Positions 18,679 through 28,642 of a stretch of DNA of 64,000 nucleotides are shown here, piece by piece. The position numbers and the translations under genes were made by a program. The first letter of the stretch is position 1. Each line of letters starts with the position of its first letter. Below the pieces are notes generated by a model. That model ran no database searches and was not told the origin of the DNA. It saw only the letters and a program-made list of their open reading frames with translations. The stretch covers positions 348,051 to 412,050 of the forward strand of contig CAVYRH010000005.1 of NCBI GenBank assembly GCA_963770835.1, given 5' to 3'. Origin of the DNA: an uncultured Pseudomonadota bacterium (GTDB taxonomy: Bacteria; Oederibacteriota; Muellerivitia; Muellerivitales; Muellerivitaceae).

Positions 18679-19056
18679 TTATTTGGAGACGATGAACTTG
18701 AAAAGTGGGAGGGCCGATCCCCCTCCCGAGTCCAGGGTTAAAACCACGCGGCAGATGTAAACGCCGGGACGGTAATGGGTTAGGTCCAAGTAAACCTGTT
18801 GGACGCCAGCGTTGTTCGATTGTTGGGTTTGGGCCGCCAGGTCGCCGGCCTCGTTAAAGATGTAGACGGTGGCGGTTCCGCTTTCGGGAAGGTTGTAGAC
18901 GACCCAGGCGGAGCTTCCTTGGGATGGGGAAGGATAGACGAAACACTGGCCTTCGGCCGGCACCTGTAAAGCGGAGGCTTTGGAAAGTAACAGGAAAAAA
19001 ACCACGAAGGTTTTCGCCCAAAATTCGAGTCGCCAGATGGATGAGAAAAGTTTCAT
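18679..19056 (-). CDS. Small secreted protein consisting of a single T9SS type-A sorting (CTD)-like domain
   Basis: Signal peptide then FVYPSP...TATVYIFNEAGDL...RPGVYICRV...FKFIVSK, matching the YPNP / IY.xG / GvY / K(F/L)xxxK CTD pattern. Confidence 0.7.
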   Translation of the reverse strand: MKLFSSIWRLEFWAKTFVVFFLLLSKASALQVPAEGQCFVYPSPSQGSSAWVVYNLPESGTATVYIFNEAGDLAAQTQQSNNAGVQQVYLDLTHYRPGVYICRVVLTLDSGGGSALPLFKFIVSK

Positions 19057-19342
19057 AAGGTCTTTAGGGAAAGGAATTGAAATAACTCGGAAACCCTGGA
19101 AAAGCAAATCCAGCCAGCCTTTTGAACGAAAATTATTTTATCTTTTGTCTGGTCAAATGAAAGACATCTCTTTGGGAAAATTATTTTGAGTTAGGGAATA
19201 AAAAGGCGGGCCGATCACAATACTTTCATTCGAAGGCGCAGGCCGGTTTTTGGCTAGTTGTGATAAGCTTTGGCAATTAGGGAATAAAACCCACGTTTTG
19301 ACACTATACGGTTGAAGGAAAAAAGGCGTGGAGGGATATGTT

Positions 19343-20989
19343 ATGAAACGCTTCATTATTCCAATGTTTTTATGTCTTTTGGTCTCGAACCTGGCCTGCA
19401 GGGGCACCTATCCACCTACCTCTCCGTCGGGCCCCATTACTTTGACTCCCTCAGGTACTGTTACGCAAACTGTCACCCAAACAGTGCCCGTAACTCTTAC
19501 GGGTACTCCTAGCCCCTCCGGGACCATTCCCGTGACGGTGACCGTGACCTCGACGGTTACATGGACTCCAACAGCCACCCTGCCCGTTACTTTAACGGGT
19601 ACGCCAATCCCTTCCCCAACCAATTCGATCACAGCCACTTGGACTCCCACGTCAACAATGCCCGTTACTTTAACAAGCACACCCAGTTCTACTGCAACCA
19701 TTCCAGTCACGGTGACTTTGATTCCCACAAGCACGGCCACTCCCACCGGGACGTCAACGGCTTCGCTACCTACCCCCTCCTGCGGCACGACATGGTATTT
19801 AGGATTCCCCGCGAACCAGAACTCCTTTTCCATATCAGGAATAACCGACGCTTATGACCAAAGTACCGCCCCATATTCTGGAATGGTCTCCAGCCTTCAT
19901 TTTTACGTTCCATCCGGTGGAGTGACGGCCAACGTCGGGATTTACTCCGATAACGGCGGCCAGCCGGGGACGCAGTTGTCCTCATCTAATGTTTTCATCG
20001 ACGGTAGCGGGTGGAATACAGTCTCCCTGAACACCCCTGTTAATGTAACCGGCGGGACCAACTATTGGCTGGCCGTTTGCTTCGGCTCCTTCACGACGAT
20101 CGGGGGCGGGAACAATGCTAGTTACAGTTATCTTACCCAACCAGTAAGTTCGCTCATCCTTCCTTCCTCCTATGGCGGGGGAGCCGCTTCAAATATTGGA
20201 TGGCTGGCAATTTACGCGGACATCTGCCCCTCCGCTGGAACCCCGACCTCGACACCAACCTCCACCGCCACGCTAACCGGCTTGGATATTTCGGGCCCTG
20301 TTACTCTTTCCGGAGGAAATTACGACTATTCCTATGTTCATGTTCACTCAAACACTCTTTATCTCGGCGGTCCGGTAACCTTTAGCCTAACGGGATATTT
20401 CGCTCTGGATGCTGGAGCATCCATCACAGGATGGGCGGGCTATTCCGTGACTGAGCCAGGAGTGCCTTCTAATTTTGCTTCCGGCGGCGCCGGTGGAGGT
20501 CATGGCGGCACGGGCGGGGCGGATGCCCAGGGAAATAGCGGTGGGTCGGCTTATGACAATATCCTGGCGCCAACCCTTCCGGGAAGCTGGGGAGGAGGGG
20601 GCAGCTGCAGCCAGCAAGGATTCGCCGGCGATTTGATTCAGGTTAACGTAGTGAATGGCCCTGCGACATTGAATGGTATCATTTTCGCGAGCGGGGGTGC
20701 TGGTACTGTTTCTAATTGCGTTGGCGCCGCCATGGCTACAGGAGGGGCTTCGGGTGGAACCATCTTTATCCAGGCGGATACCATCGAAGGCAACGGCGCA
20801 TTGTTGGCAGATGGCGGCGCGGGAGGCGCGGGCAGCACCTATAACAGCGGCGGAGGAGGGGGAGGAATTATCCTTCTTTCTACCCATACGGCGAACAATT
20901 TCACTGGCACCAATTCCGTGCAAGGCGGAATAGCGTCCTCCCCCGCACAGGCTGGCCAGCCGGGTGCCTTTAACAACACGACTTATTAA
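19343..20989 (+). CDS. Surface lipoprotein with Thr/Pro repeats, DUF4082-like domain and Gly-rich C-terminal domain
   Basis: Lipobox NLAC; repeated PVTLTGTP; GIYSDNGGQPG..GWNTVSL..GTNYWLAV; GGAGGGHGG/GGGGGGII repeats. Confidence 0.7.
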   Translation: MKRFIIPMFLCLLVSNLACRGTYPPTSPSGPITLTPSGTVTQTVTQTVPVTLTGTPSPSGTIPVTVTVTSTVTWTPTATLPVTLTGTPIPSPTNSITATWTPTSTMPVTLTSTPSSTATIPVTVTLIPTSTATPTGTSTASLPTPSCGTTWYLGFPANQNSFSISGITDAYDQSTAPYSGMVSSLHFYVPSGGVTANVGIYSDNGGQPGTQLSSSNVFIDGSGWNTVSLNTPVNVTGGTNYWLAVCFGSFTTIGGGNNASYSYLTQPVSSLILPSSYGGGAASNIGWLAIYADICPSAGTPTSTPTSTATLTGLDISGPVTLSGGNYDYSYVHVHSNTLYLGGPVTFSLTGYFALDAGASITGWAGYSVTEPGVPSNFASGGAGGGHGGTGGADAQGNSGGSAYDNILAPTLPGSWGGGGSCSQQGFAGDLIQVNVVNGPATLNGIIFASGGAGTVSNCVGAAMATGGASGGTIFIQADTIEGNGALLADGGAGGAGSTYNSGGGGGGIILLSTHTANNFTGTNSVQGGIASSPAQAGQPGAFNNTTY

Positions 20990-21046
20990 CCCTTTACAAA
21001 CGGTCCAAGCCACTAGGTATGCCTGGTGGCTTGGCACAGCCGATGA

Positions 21047-22798
21047 TTAATGCCCAGTAATGAGCTTTCTCCATTGTTTCCGCAGAACATGGGCCGCCAG
21101 TTTGGGACGCCGGTCGCGGGTGAAGACGCCCTTCCAGTTCATGGCGCCGGGCCGGTGGGGGGCCTGGGCGGTCTTGAAATCGCAAAGATTCCAAATATGG
21201 GCTCCAGCCACGTAGGGGAGCTTATCCAGGACCTTCAGGTAACGTTCAATCATTTCGGCCTGGTATTCCTCCGAAAACATCTCCGGCGGTTCGGCATGAT
21301 GGCCCGGTATGGCATCCGCGCCAAATTCGGTCAGGATCAGGGGTTTTTGAAAGCGGCGGTGGATGGTCTCCATGTCTTTGGGAAGCTTTTCGCAAGCCTT
21401 ATCCAAGTCGCCTTCCTCGCTGTACCAACCGAAGTAACGGTTAACGCAAACTGCGTCCAGGAACTGGAACGCTTCTTCCTTTAAACCGATATAGCTTGCG
21501 AGGGTGATGGGGCGGGTTTTATCAAGGCTCCGGGCCAAATCCGCCAGGTTCTTGAAAAAGCCCCTGGCAGCGGGCCGGTGGGAATGGGGCTCGTTGGCCA
21601 GACTCCACAGAATGACGCTGGGGTGGTTCTTATCGCGGTCGATCAGTTCCTGCGTGTATTGGCTGCAAAGCTCAAGGCGTTTGCCCAAGCCCTCCTCGTT
21701 GAAAAAAAGGCCCACCGCGGGCGTTTCATCGATCACAAGGAAACCCATCCGGTCGGCCAGGTCCAGGATTTCCTCCGAATAGGGGTAATGGGATGTCCGG
21801 AAGGAATTGGCGCCCACCCATTTCATCAATTCATAATCCTTGACCACCACGGCGGCAGGTAGATGGCGGCCGGTAACGGGGAAATCCTCGTGGCGCCCGA
21901 AACCCCTCAGGTGGATGGGTTTTCCATTCAAAAGGAAACGGCTCCCCTTGACGCGGATGGTCCGAATGCCAACGGGCAAGTCGATTTGATCGATGATTTC
22001 ATTGTTCTGGACCATCTCCACCTTGAGCTGGTAAAGATTCGGCGAACCTGGGGCCCAAAGCCTCGCATTGGGAACGCTCAAAAGAGCCGTGGTTTTCCCT
22101 GGGCCGATTGCTTTGACGGCGATTACTTTGCGGTCGAATCCTGTCAGGCAGAAACGCGCAGTAAGGGATTGGGAAGAATCGGTGGCCACTTCGACCTTTA
22201 CCGCGCCCGTCTTGCCGGAGATATCCGTTATGACGGTTATATCCTGGATAGAGGTTTGGGGAGTTGCGACCAAAAGAACAGGCCGATGTATTCCGCAGTA
22301 AGGGAAGAAGTCGAACGAAGCGGGTGGGTTAAAAAAATTATTAAAACGATCCTTGGGATCGGGCGGGACATTGCCGGGAGGTACCCGGTTGGGGGCCAAA
22401 AGGCCTTCAACCCTTACCACCAAGAGGTTATCCTTGGGTTTTAAATGTGGAGTAGTTTCCAAAACAAAGGGCAGGTGTCCCCCTTCGTGTTCCCCTAATT
22501 TCGTCCCATTGAGCCAAACCTGGGCCAGGTAGTTCACCGAGCCGAACCGGATGGAAAGATGCTTGTCTTTAAATCCCCAAGGTAAGTCAAAACGAGTTTG
22601 GTACCAGGCCGGTCCCAGATAATCCCGCGTGTCCTGGTATTGATCATTCCAGCTGGAAGGAACGGCGATGAGACGGTCCTGGGGGAAACCCTTGGACCAG
22701 CCTTTGGAAAGGCCCGAATCTTTCGGGTCCAGCCGGAAATCCCAAAAGCCCGAAAGGTCCTGGAATTGACGGAAGGAATTATTTTGGGGATAAATCAC
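21047..22798 (-). CDS. uidA: Beta-glucuronidase (GH2)
   Basis: GFGRHED, NSFRTSHYPY, WSLANEP (acid/base), LTEFG (nucleophile), NxKG motif; GTG start giving MIYPQ preferred over TTG at 22870. Confidence 0.9.
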   Translation of the reverse strand: MIYPQNNSFRQFQDLSGFWDFRLDPKDSGLSKGWSKGFPQDRLIAVPSSWNDQYQDTRDYLGPAWYQTRFDLPWGFKDKHLSIRFGSVNYLAQVWLNGTKLGEHEGGHLPFVLETTPHLKPKDNLLVVRVEGLLAPNRVPPGNVPPDPKDRFNNFFNPPASFDFFPYCGIHRPVLLVATPQTSIQDITVITDISGKTGAVKVEVATDSSQSLTARFCLTGFDRKVIAVKAIGPGKTTALLSVPNARLWAPGSPNLYQLKVEMVQNNEIIDQIDLPVGIRTIRVKGSRFLLNGKPIHLRGFGRHEDFPVTGRHLPAAVVVKDYELMKWVGANSFRTSHYPYSEEILDLADRMGFLVIDETPAVGLFFNEEGLGKRLELCSQYTQELIDRDKNHPSVILWSLANEPHSHRPAARGFFKNLADLARSLDKTRPITLASYIGLKEEAFQFLDAVCVNRYFGWYSEEGDLDKACEKLPKDMETIHRRFQKPLILTEFGADAIPGHHAEPPEMFSEEYQAEMIERYLKVLDKLPYVAGAHIWNLCDFKTAQAPHRPGAMNWKGVFTRDRRPKLAAHVLRKQWRKLITGH

Positions 22799-22923
22799 GG
22801 TTTTTTCTTGGGCTGCGGGTATTTGCTCTCGTAAGGATTTAACATGTTCCGATATGAAGGGTTTTTCCAAAGGTCCTTTCCCTTATTGGGGGTCTTCTTG
22901 GTTTTGGGCTTCTTGAGCTTCAT
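22795..22923 (-). CDS. Small Lys/Pro-rich ORF (42 aa) coupled to uidA
   Basis: AGGAG RBS, ATG, MKLKKPKTKKTPNKGKDLWKNPSYRNMLNPYESKYPQPKKKP*; its TGA overlaps the uidA GTG. Confidence 0.5.
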   Translation of the reverse strand: MKLKKPKTKKTPNKGKDLWKNPSYRNMLNPYESKYPQPKKKP

Positions 22924-22934
22924 TGGGTGCGCTC

Positions 22935-23846
22935 CTAAAACAAAACTGCCGAAAGGCTGATGGCGCCCGTGACCGTCACGGCTGAAAGGAGGGTCGTGAT
23001 AAACACTACGTCCGCCGTGAAAGTGGGCTCTTTATTATATTCGATGCCGAATAAGACCACGGTTACGGCGGTGGGGAAGGCGCTGGAAACGAACAAAACT
23101 CGGGCCAAAAGGCCGTGGAGCCCCATGAGGTGAATCAAGCCGAAAGCCAGTAAAGGGCATAAAAGAAGCCGGGCCGCCACCGTTACCCAGACTTGCAGGG
23201 GATGGCGCAGCGAAATACCGCTTTGCCCCAATTGGGCTCCTAACGTTAAAAGGGCGATCGGGGCCATGCTGTCCGCCACCCATTTTAACGGGGTCATCAG
23301 GGCGTCAGGCAGGTCCAGGTTGAAGCCACGGATCGCGAGGGCGAGAAAAAGGGCGTAAAGGATCGGGAGCTTGAGGATGGTCTTGACGCCCATTCTCCAT
23401 TCGCTCCATCCCCCCACAACTAGGATCCCCAAGGTGTAAGTAATGACATTCATGGCGGTGATGGTGAGAACCTGGATTGCGACCCCCTCCCCCTGAAAGG
23501 CAAGCATCACGACCGGTATGCCGTAATTGGCTGAATTAAAAACCATGACGGCCAGGGTGGCGGCGGAGGCAAGATTGGTTTCGAACTTAAGCAGGCGGGT
23601 CAGCCCATACATGACCCCGAAAGTGAGGCAAGCCAATAAGATGTTGAAAAGGATAGTTTCCGCCATGGCCTGGTTGGCGGGTTTAAAGATGAGCAGGCTG
23701 TAAAACATGAAGACGGGGATAAAGATGTAAAAATTCAACTTGGAAAGGGAAGCCAGGTCCAATGTGAAATATTTGGAAACCAAAAAACCCAAACCCATGA
23801 CGATGAAGATCGGAAGGATGACATTGACGGCGATAAAAAGGAACAA
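22935..23846 (-). CDS. AEC (auxin efflux carrier) family transporter
   Basis: About 10 TM helices; NSANYGIP, PIALLTLG and SAFPTA motifs. Confidence 0.9.
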   Translation of the reverse strand: MFLFIAVNVILPIFIVMGLGFLVSKYFTLDLASLSKLNFYIFIPVFMFYSLLIFKPANQAMAETILFNILLACLTFGVMYGLTRLLKFETNLASAATLAVMVFNSANYGIPVVMLAFQGEGVAIQVLTITAMNVITYTLGILVVGGWSEWRMGVKTILKLPILYALFLALAIRGFNLDLPDALMTPLKWVADSMAPIALLTLGAQLGQSGISLRHPLQVWVTVAARLLLCPLLAFGLIHLMGLHGLLARVLFVSSAFPTAVTVVLFGIEYNKEPTFTADVVFITTLLSAVTVTGAISLSAVLF

Positions 23847-24042
23847 GAGAAACTCCAGTGAGAAATTTCCCGGCGTGTAGAACGGTTATTTTACTCGACG
23901 GTTCGAACACAACGGGCAACATTTATGTTCAAAATTTTCATTCCCATGGGCTATACTTTGATTCCAAGATGACATTCTCCACCGGAACTTCCCAGAAATA
24001 CGATTTCCCAGGTTTCCCGCATCTTTTGAGGCGGGAATTCTG

Positions 24043-26513
24043 ATGGCCAAAGATGAACGCCACCATTTCCTGGTGGTTTTTCTTACCGGTAGCTTGGGTA
24101 TTCTTCTCGGGCTATCCCTCATCCCCACGGGCGCGAAGCCAAACCTCTTAGGAAACATTGGATCGGGCGCCTCTTTTTCCTTTATGACGGCTTCGGCCTT
24201 TGTGCCTGGGTTTTTCCGCTAGTTTTTTTCCGGTTCGCCGTTGCCCGATTCCAAAACGCCCCGCTTTCCAAACCCGGCTTGAAAATCATCGGTTTGTTTT
24301 TGGGGTTGGTATCCCTCTGCGCGGCCCTGCATGTCCTTTTTCCCAATATCCAAATGTTTTCCCCCGCGCAAATGCGGGAGGAGATCGAGTGGGGGGGCAA
24401 ATTGGGCCAAGTGGTGGGGGACCGGATGGAAGCGGTCCTAACGCGCTTTGGCACCGTGGTCATCTGCCTGATGGTATTGGTGTTGGCCGCGTGGTTTTTG
24501 GAAAAGGAAGAACACCTGGTGAGGGCGGCTAAGGGGACCCTGGAAGGCTTTAGCCGGGGGGGAAAATGGTTCCAGGAACACGGTTTTGAGGCTTTCGCCC
24601 TTCTCCACGAGAAAGCCTTGGCCGCCTTTTCCGACTGGAAAAACCGCAGGCAAGAAAAAAAAGTGGCCGACGAGGCAAGGCGGAAATTAAAAACCGGAAC
24701 GGAAACCGTTAAATTCCCAACTCGAGAAGAGCCAGCTCCCCGGAAACCCAAACCCGCACCGATCGTGGCCACCGTGGAATTATCTTCCAAATCAGCCCTG
24801 CCGCAAAAGACCTCCGCCAAATCCAAGGGCTTTTTTACCGGGGAAGTGGAGCCCGAGGAACTTTCCCCTAACACTTTCCATCCCGCTGCGGATACAACGC
24901 CTGAAACCGAAGACGATGTTGTATCCGCGGCCATGGCTGAAGCCAAGGGACCCGATCCACTGACCCGCCGGCAAAAGATGGAAGCCGCCAGTATTGAGAT
25001 TGCCGGGGAAGAAGAGGAAGCTGGGGAACCCGCCAAGCCCGTACGCGTTATCCGCCAATGGCAGCTGCCGACCCCGCATATCCTCAAATCCGTGGAGGAA
25101 TCCAAGGATTGGCCCACCGACGACTTTGAGGGGGTGAGCCGCACCCTTAAGGAAAGTCTGACCAATTTCGGGGTGGACGCCAACGTGGTGGGGGTCAACC
25201 CCGGTCCGACCGTCACCCAATACGAAGTCCAACCCGCCGCCGGCGTGAAGATCACCCGCATCGCGTCCCTGGCGGACGATTTGGCCCTGGCCCTAAAATG
25301 CGGACATGTGCGCGTGGTGGCGCCTATTCCGGGCAAGGCCACCGTCGGCATTGAAGTTCCCAACGTCAAGGGGCGCATAGTCACTTTAAAGGAGCTTATT
25401 TCCCAGGAAAATTTTCTTTCCTCAAGCAAGAAGCTACTCGTGGCCCTGGGCAAGGACATCGCGGGCGACATCGTCTTGGCCCCCATCAGGGAACTGCCCC
25501 ATGTCTTGATCGCCGGTTCCACGGGTTCGGGTAAGAGCGTTTGCGTGAACACCTTCATTGCCAGCCTCATCTTCAAATACAACCCTGAGGAACTCCGGAT
25601 GGTGCTGATCGATCCCAAAAGGGTGGAAATGGCCATTTACCAGGGTTTGCCCCATTTGGCCCTACCGGTCGTCAACGACCCCAAGGAAGCCCACTTTGCC
25701 TTGAAATGGCTGGTGAGGGAAATGGAAGAACGCTATCAAGCGCTGGCTCACGCGGGCGCCCGGGATATCGACACCTACAACGCGAAAATTCTTCAAAAGC
25801 GAGCGGCGGGCGAAACAGACCAGTACCCGATGTATTACATCGTCGTGCTGGTGGACGAACTGGCGGACTTGATGATGGTCGCCAAGGACCAGGTGGAGGA
25901 TTCCATCACCCGGCTAGCCCAGATGGCCCGGGCCGTTGGCATCCACCTGGTTCTGGCCACCCAGCGACCCAGCGTGGAAGTCATCACGGGAATCATCAAA
26001 GCCAACTTTCCCTCGCGCATCGCCTTCCAGGTTTTTTCCAAGGTGGATTCCCGAACCATTCTCGACATGAACGGCGCGGAAGCGCTTCTAGGGCGCGGCG
26101 ACATGCTTTACCTGCCTTCGGGCGCCCCCAAACCCTTGCGGCTTCAGGGGGCCTATGTTACGTTGGAAGAAATCGAGCGGCTGGTGGATTTCTGGAAATC
26201 CCAGGGATCACCCCAATATTCGGCCGATTTAACCGCTTCCAAGTCCAAGGATGTTGTTACCGAGGATTCGGAGGACGAACTTTACGATGAGGCGGTGGAG
26301 ATCGTTATGCGGGCCAAACAGGCCTCCACCTCCCTGCTCCAACGGCGCCTGAAGGTTGGCTATGGCCGGGCGGCGCGGCTCCTGGATGACATGGAAGTGC
26401 GGGGAATCGTGGGTCCCGCCGACGGCAACAAACCCAGGAAGATACTCGCCCCCAGCGCGTCTAATCTTCCGATGGAAGACGATGAGGAAGCCCTTGATGA
26501 AAAAGTCGATTAA
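24043..26513 (+). CDS. ftsK: DNA translocase FtsK/SpoIIIE (apparent 1-nt frameshift at ~24174-24178)
   Basis: GSTGSGKS, IDPKRVE, VDELADLMM, RAVGIHLVLATQRPS, gamma domain; N-terminal TM region from ATG 24043 is in another frame and joins if one T is added in the T run. Confidence 0.92.
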
Positions 26514-27201
26514 ACCATTTCTTGGTCGTCAGTTCTCAGTCATTAGCAAAGGCATCATCTTTGGTGTTTTTTCCTTGATGATAGCCTCAGGCGTTTGGGC
26601 TGATGCGGCGAAGGACTTGTCCGTCGACGAGGTTTCCAAAAAAGTGGAGGACGCCCAAGCTGTCGTCAAGGATGTCCAGATGGACTTAAGCATGGAAATG
26701 AAGGATTCCCTTTCGGGCACCCAACAAAAGGTGAAGGGCCAGATCAAGATCAAGTCGCCGAATCTGGTTTATGTCCATTACACCCAGCCCACCGAACAAT
26801 TCCTTTACGTAGCCGGGACCTCGGCGCAAATGTACCAACCGGCCCAAAAGATGGTTTACCAACAGCGCAATGGCAATGGAGCGCAAGCCGAGCCCGTCTA
26901 CCTGGGAGTGGGTAAGGAATTAAAAAGGTATATTAGTATCAGCCGGGTTTCCATCATCAAGGACACCGAGAGTGAAATCGAACTGCTTTTTATCCCGGTG
27001 GTGGAAGACGCAGGTTTCGACAAGATGCGTGTTTCTATCCATAAAAAGGACTGGTGGCCCTACCAGATGGAAGTGGAAACGCCTTCCATGACCACCGAGG
27101 CCGTATTTTCCAATTTTTCCTTTAATCAGGGCCTGGCCGAAAGCCTCTTCCAATTCACCCCGCCCAAGAGCGCGCAGGTCGTGGAAGGAGCGGTTTTTTA
27201 A
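26497..27201 (+). CDS. lolA: Outer-membrane lipoprotein carrier LolA family protein
   Basis: Signal peptide; GQIKIKSPN, FQFTPPKSAQV C-terminus; directly after ftsK. Confidence 0.75.
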   Translation: MKKSIKPFLGRQFSVISKGIIFGVFSLMIASGVWADAAKDLSVDEVSKKVEDAQAVVKDVQMDLSMEMKDSLSGTQQKVKGQIKIKSPNLVYVHYTQPTEQFLYVAGTSAQMYQPAQKMVYQQRNGNGAQAEPVYLGVGKELKRYISISRVSIIKDTESEIELLFIPVVEDAGFDKMRVSIHKKDWWPYQMEVETPSMTTEAVFSNFSFNQGLAESLFQFTPPKSAQVVEGAVF

Positions 27202-28089
27202 ATGATCATCGGTACGGAATTAAAAGAAGCCCGGGAGTCCAAGAAGATATCCCTGGATACGGTTTCCAAACGGACCAAAATCCCCCCGAAATACCTGGAA
27301 GCCCTTGAGGAAAACCGGTTTGACATTTTCCCATCTCATACCTATGCCAAGGGTTTCATCCGGGCCTACGCCAAAGTCGTAGGGTTGGATCCGGCAGTCC
27401 TGACCCGGCAATTCAACGTCGAGGTCCAGCCGGTGGAAATGCGCATCCAACCTAAAAATGCCGAAGCCGAATTGGAAAAAACCTTGGGTTGGCGGCCCAC
27501 CCTGGACCGCCCGCCGGTCTTCCGTAAACATGACGAAGAACCCGACCTGAACTTGGAAATGGTGGAAGAGGAGGCGACCCAGCACAATCCATCGATCATA
27601 CGCCGGAGGGACTTTGCCCTGCGGCGGGAGAAGTGGGCCCAGTGGAGCGGAAAGGCGGTTGTAACGCTTTTGGCCTTGGCACTGGTTGGAACGGTTGTGG
27701 TTTACGGCGTCAAATGGATTTCCAATATAAAATGGGGTGGAACCAAGACTGAAGCCGTTTTGACGGACAACCCGGCTTATCAGCCGGTGGCGGTGGCAGA
27801 TAAATACCAGCACCTCATTTTGAAAGGGTTGGACAAATCCTGGGTTCAAGTCACCATGGATGACGGCCAGTCCAGTTCCGAAGTGGACCTGGATCAGGGT
27901 GAAACCAAGACCTATAAAGCCCTCAAGAGTTTCAAGGTGAAACTGGGGAATGCCGGGGGAGTGCAAATCCAATTCAACGGCAAGCCCTTGGGCATTTTGG
28001 GTGCCACTGGACAGGTTGTTGAAATTCAATTACCGCCCGGTTCGGGCGGATCCAGCGATACTTCCGATGGAGTCAATAACGGAACCTAA
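27202..28089 (+). CDS. rodZ: RodZ-like protein (HTH, TM, DUF4115)
   Basis: IGTELKEARE..YLEALEE..YAKGFIRAYAKVVGLD; LGNAGGVQIQFNGK. Confidence 0.88.
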   Translation: MIIGTELKEARESKKISLDTVSKRTKIPPKYLEALEENRFDIFPSHTYAKGFIRAYAKVVGLDPAVLTRQFNVEVQPVEMRIQPKNAEAELEKTLGWRPTLDRPPVFRKHDEEPDLNLEMVEEEATQHNPSIIRRRDFALRREKWAQWSGKAVVTLLALALVGTVVVYGVKWISNIKWGGTKTEAVLTDNPAYQPVAVADKYQHLILKGLDKSWVQVTMDDGQSSSEVDLDQGETKTYKALKSFKVKLGNAGGVQIQFNGKPLGILGATGQVVEIQLPPGSGGSSDTSDGVNNGT

Positions 28090-28141
28090 ATCCCGTTCCT
28101 TTCCTTTGTGCTTAAAAGCGGTTTAAATTTAGGAGTTTTAA

Positions 28142-28642
28142 ATGGCGGACACCTATTCATTCGACGTGGTTTCGGACGTGGATCTGCAGGAAGTGGATAA
28201 CGCGGTCAACCAGTCCATGAAAGAAATCTCCCAGCGTTATGACTTTAAGGGGAGCATCAGCAAGGTCACCCTCAACAAGACCACCAAGGAACTGGAAATC
28301 GTTGCGGATAACGAATCCAGGCTCAACGCCGTGGTGGATATCCTCAAAGGAAAGTTCATCAAACGCAACATCTCCCCGAAAGCCCTGGATTTCCAAAAGA
28401 TGGAGCCCGCCTTCAGTGGAACCGTGACCCAGAAGGTGAAGATCATCAGTGGGATGCCTATGGAGGCCTGCAAGGACATCGTGAAGCGCATCAAGGATTC
28501 CAAACTCAAGGCACAAGTTTCCATTGTGGACGAGAAGGTGCGGGTTTCGGGCAAGTCCAAGGATGACCTCCAGGCGGTAATGCAGTTGCTGAGGTCGGCG
28601 ACGGACATCAAGATTGCGCTTCAATTCAACAACTACCGTTGA
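28142..28642 (+). CDS. yajQ: YajQ family nucleotide/c-di-GMP-binding protein
   Basis: SFDVVS.VDLQEVDNAVNQ..RYDFKG; RVSGKSKDDLQ; LQFNNYR. Confidence 0.95.
   Translation: MADTYSFDVVSDVDLQEVDNAVNQSMKEISQRYDFKGSISKVTLNKTTKELEIVADNESRLNAVVDILKGKFIKRNISPKALDFQKMEPAFSGTVTQKVKIISGMPMEACKDIVKRIKDSKLKAQVSIVDEKVRVSGKSKDDLQAVMQLLRSATDIKIALQFNNYR

Noticed and set aside
19400..19790. Tandem-like repeats considered as a CRISPR array or DGR template
   Set aside because: Degenerate in-frame Thr/Pro codon repeats; no constant repeat-spacer period, cas genes or reverse transcriptase in the window.
24182..25636. 484-aa antisense ORF over ftsK
   Set aside because: Fully overlaps ftsK on the opposite strand; composition typical of a shadow frame.
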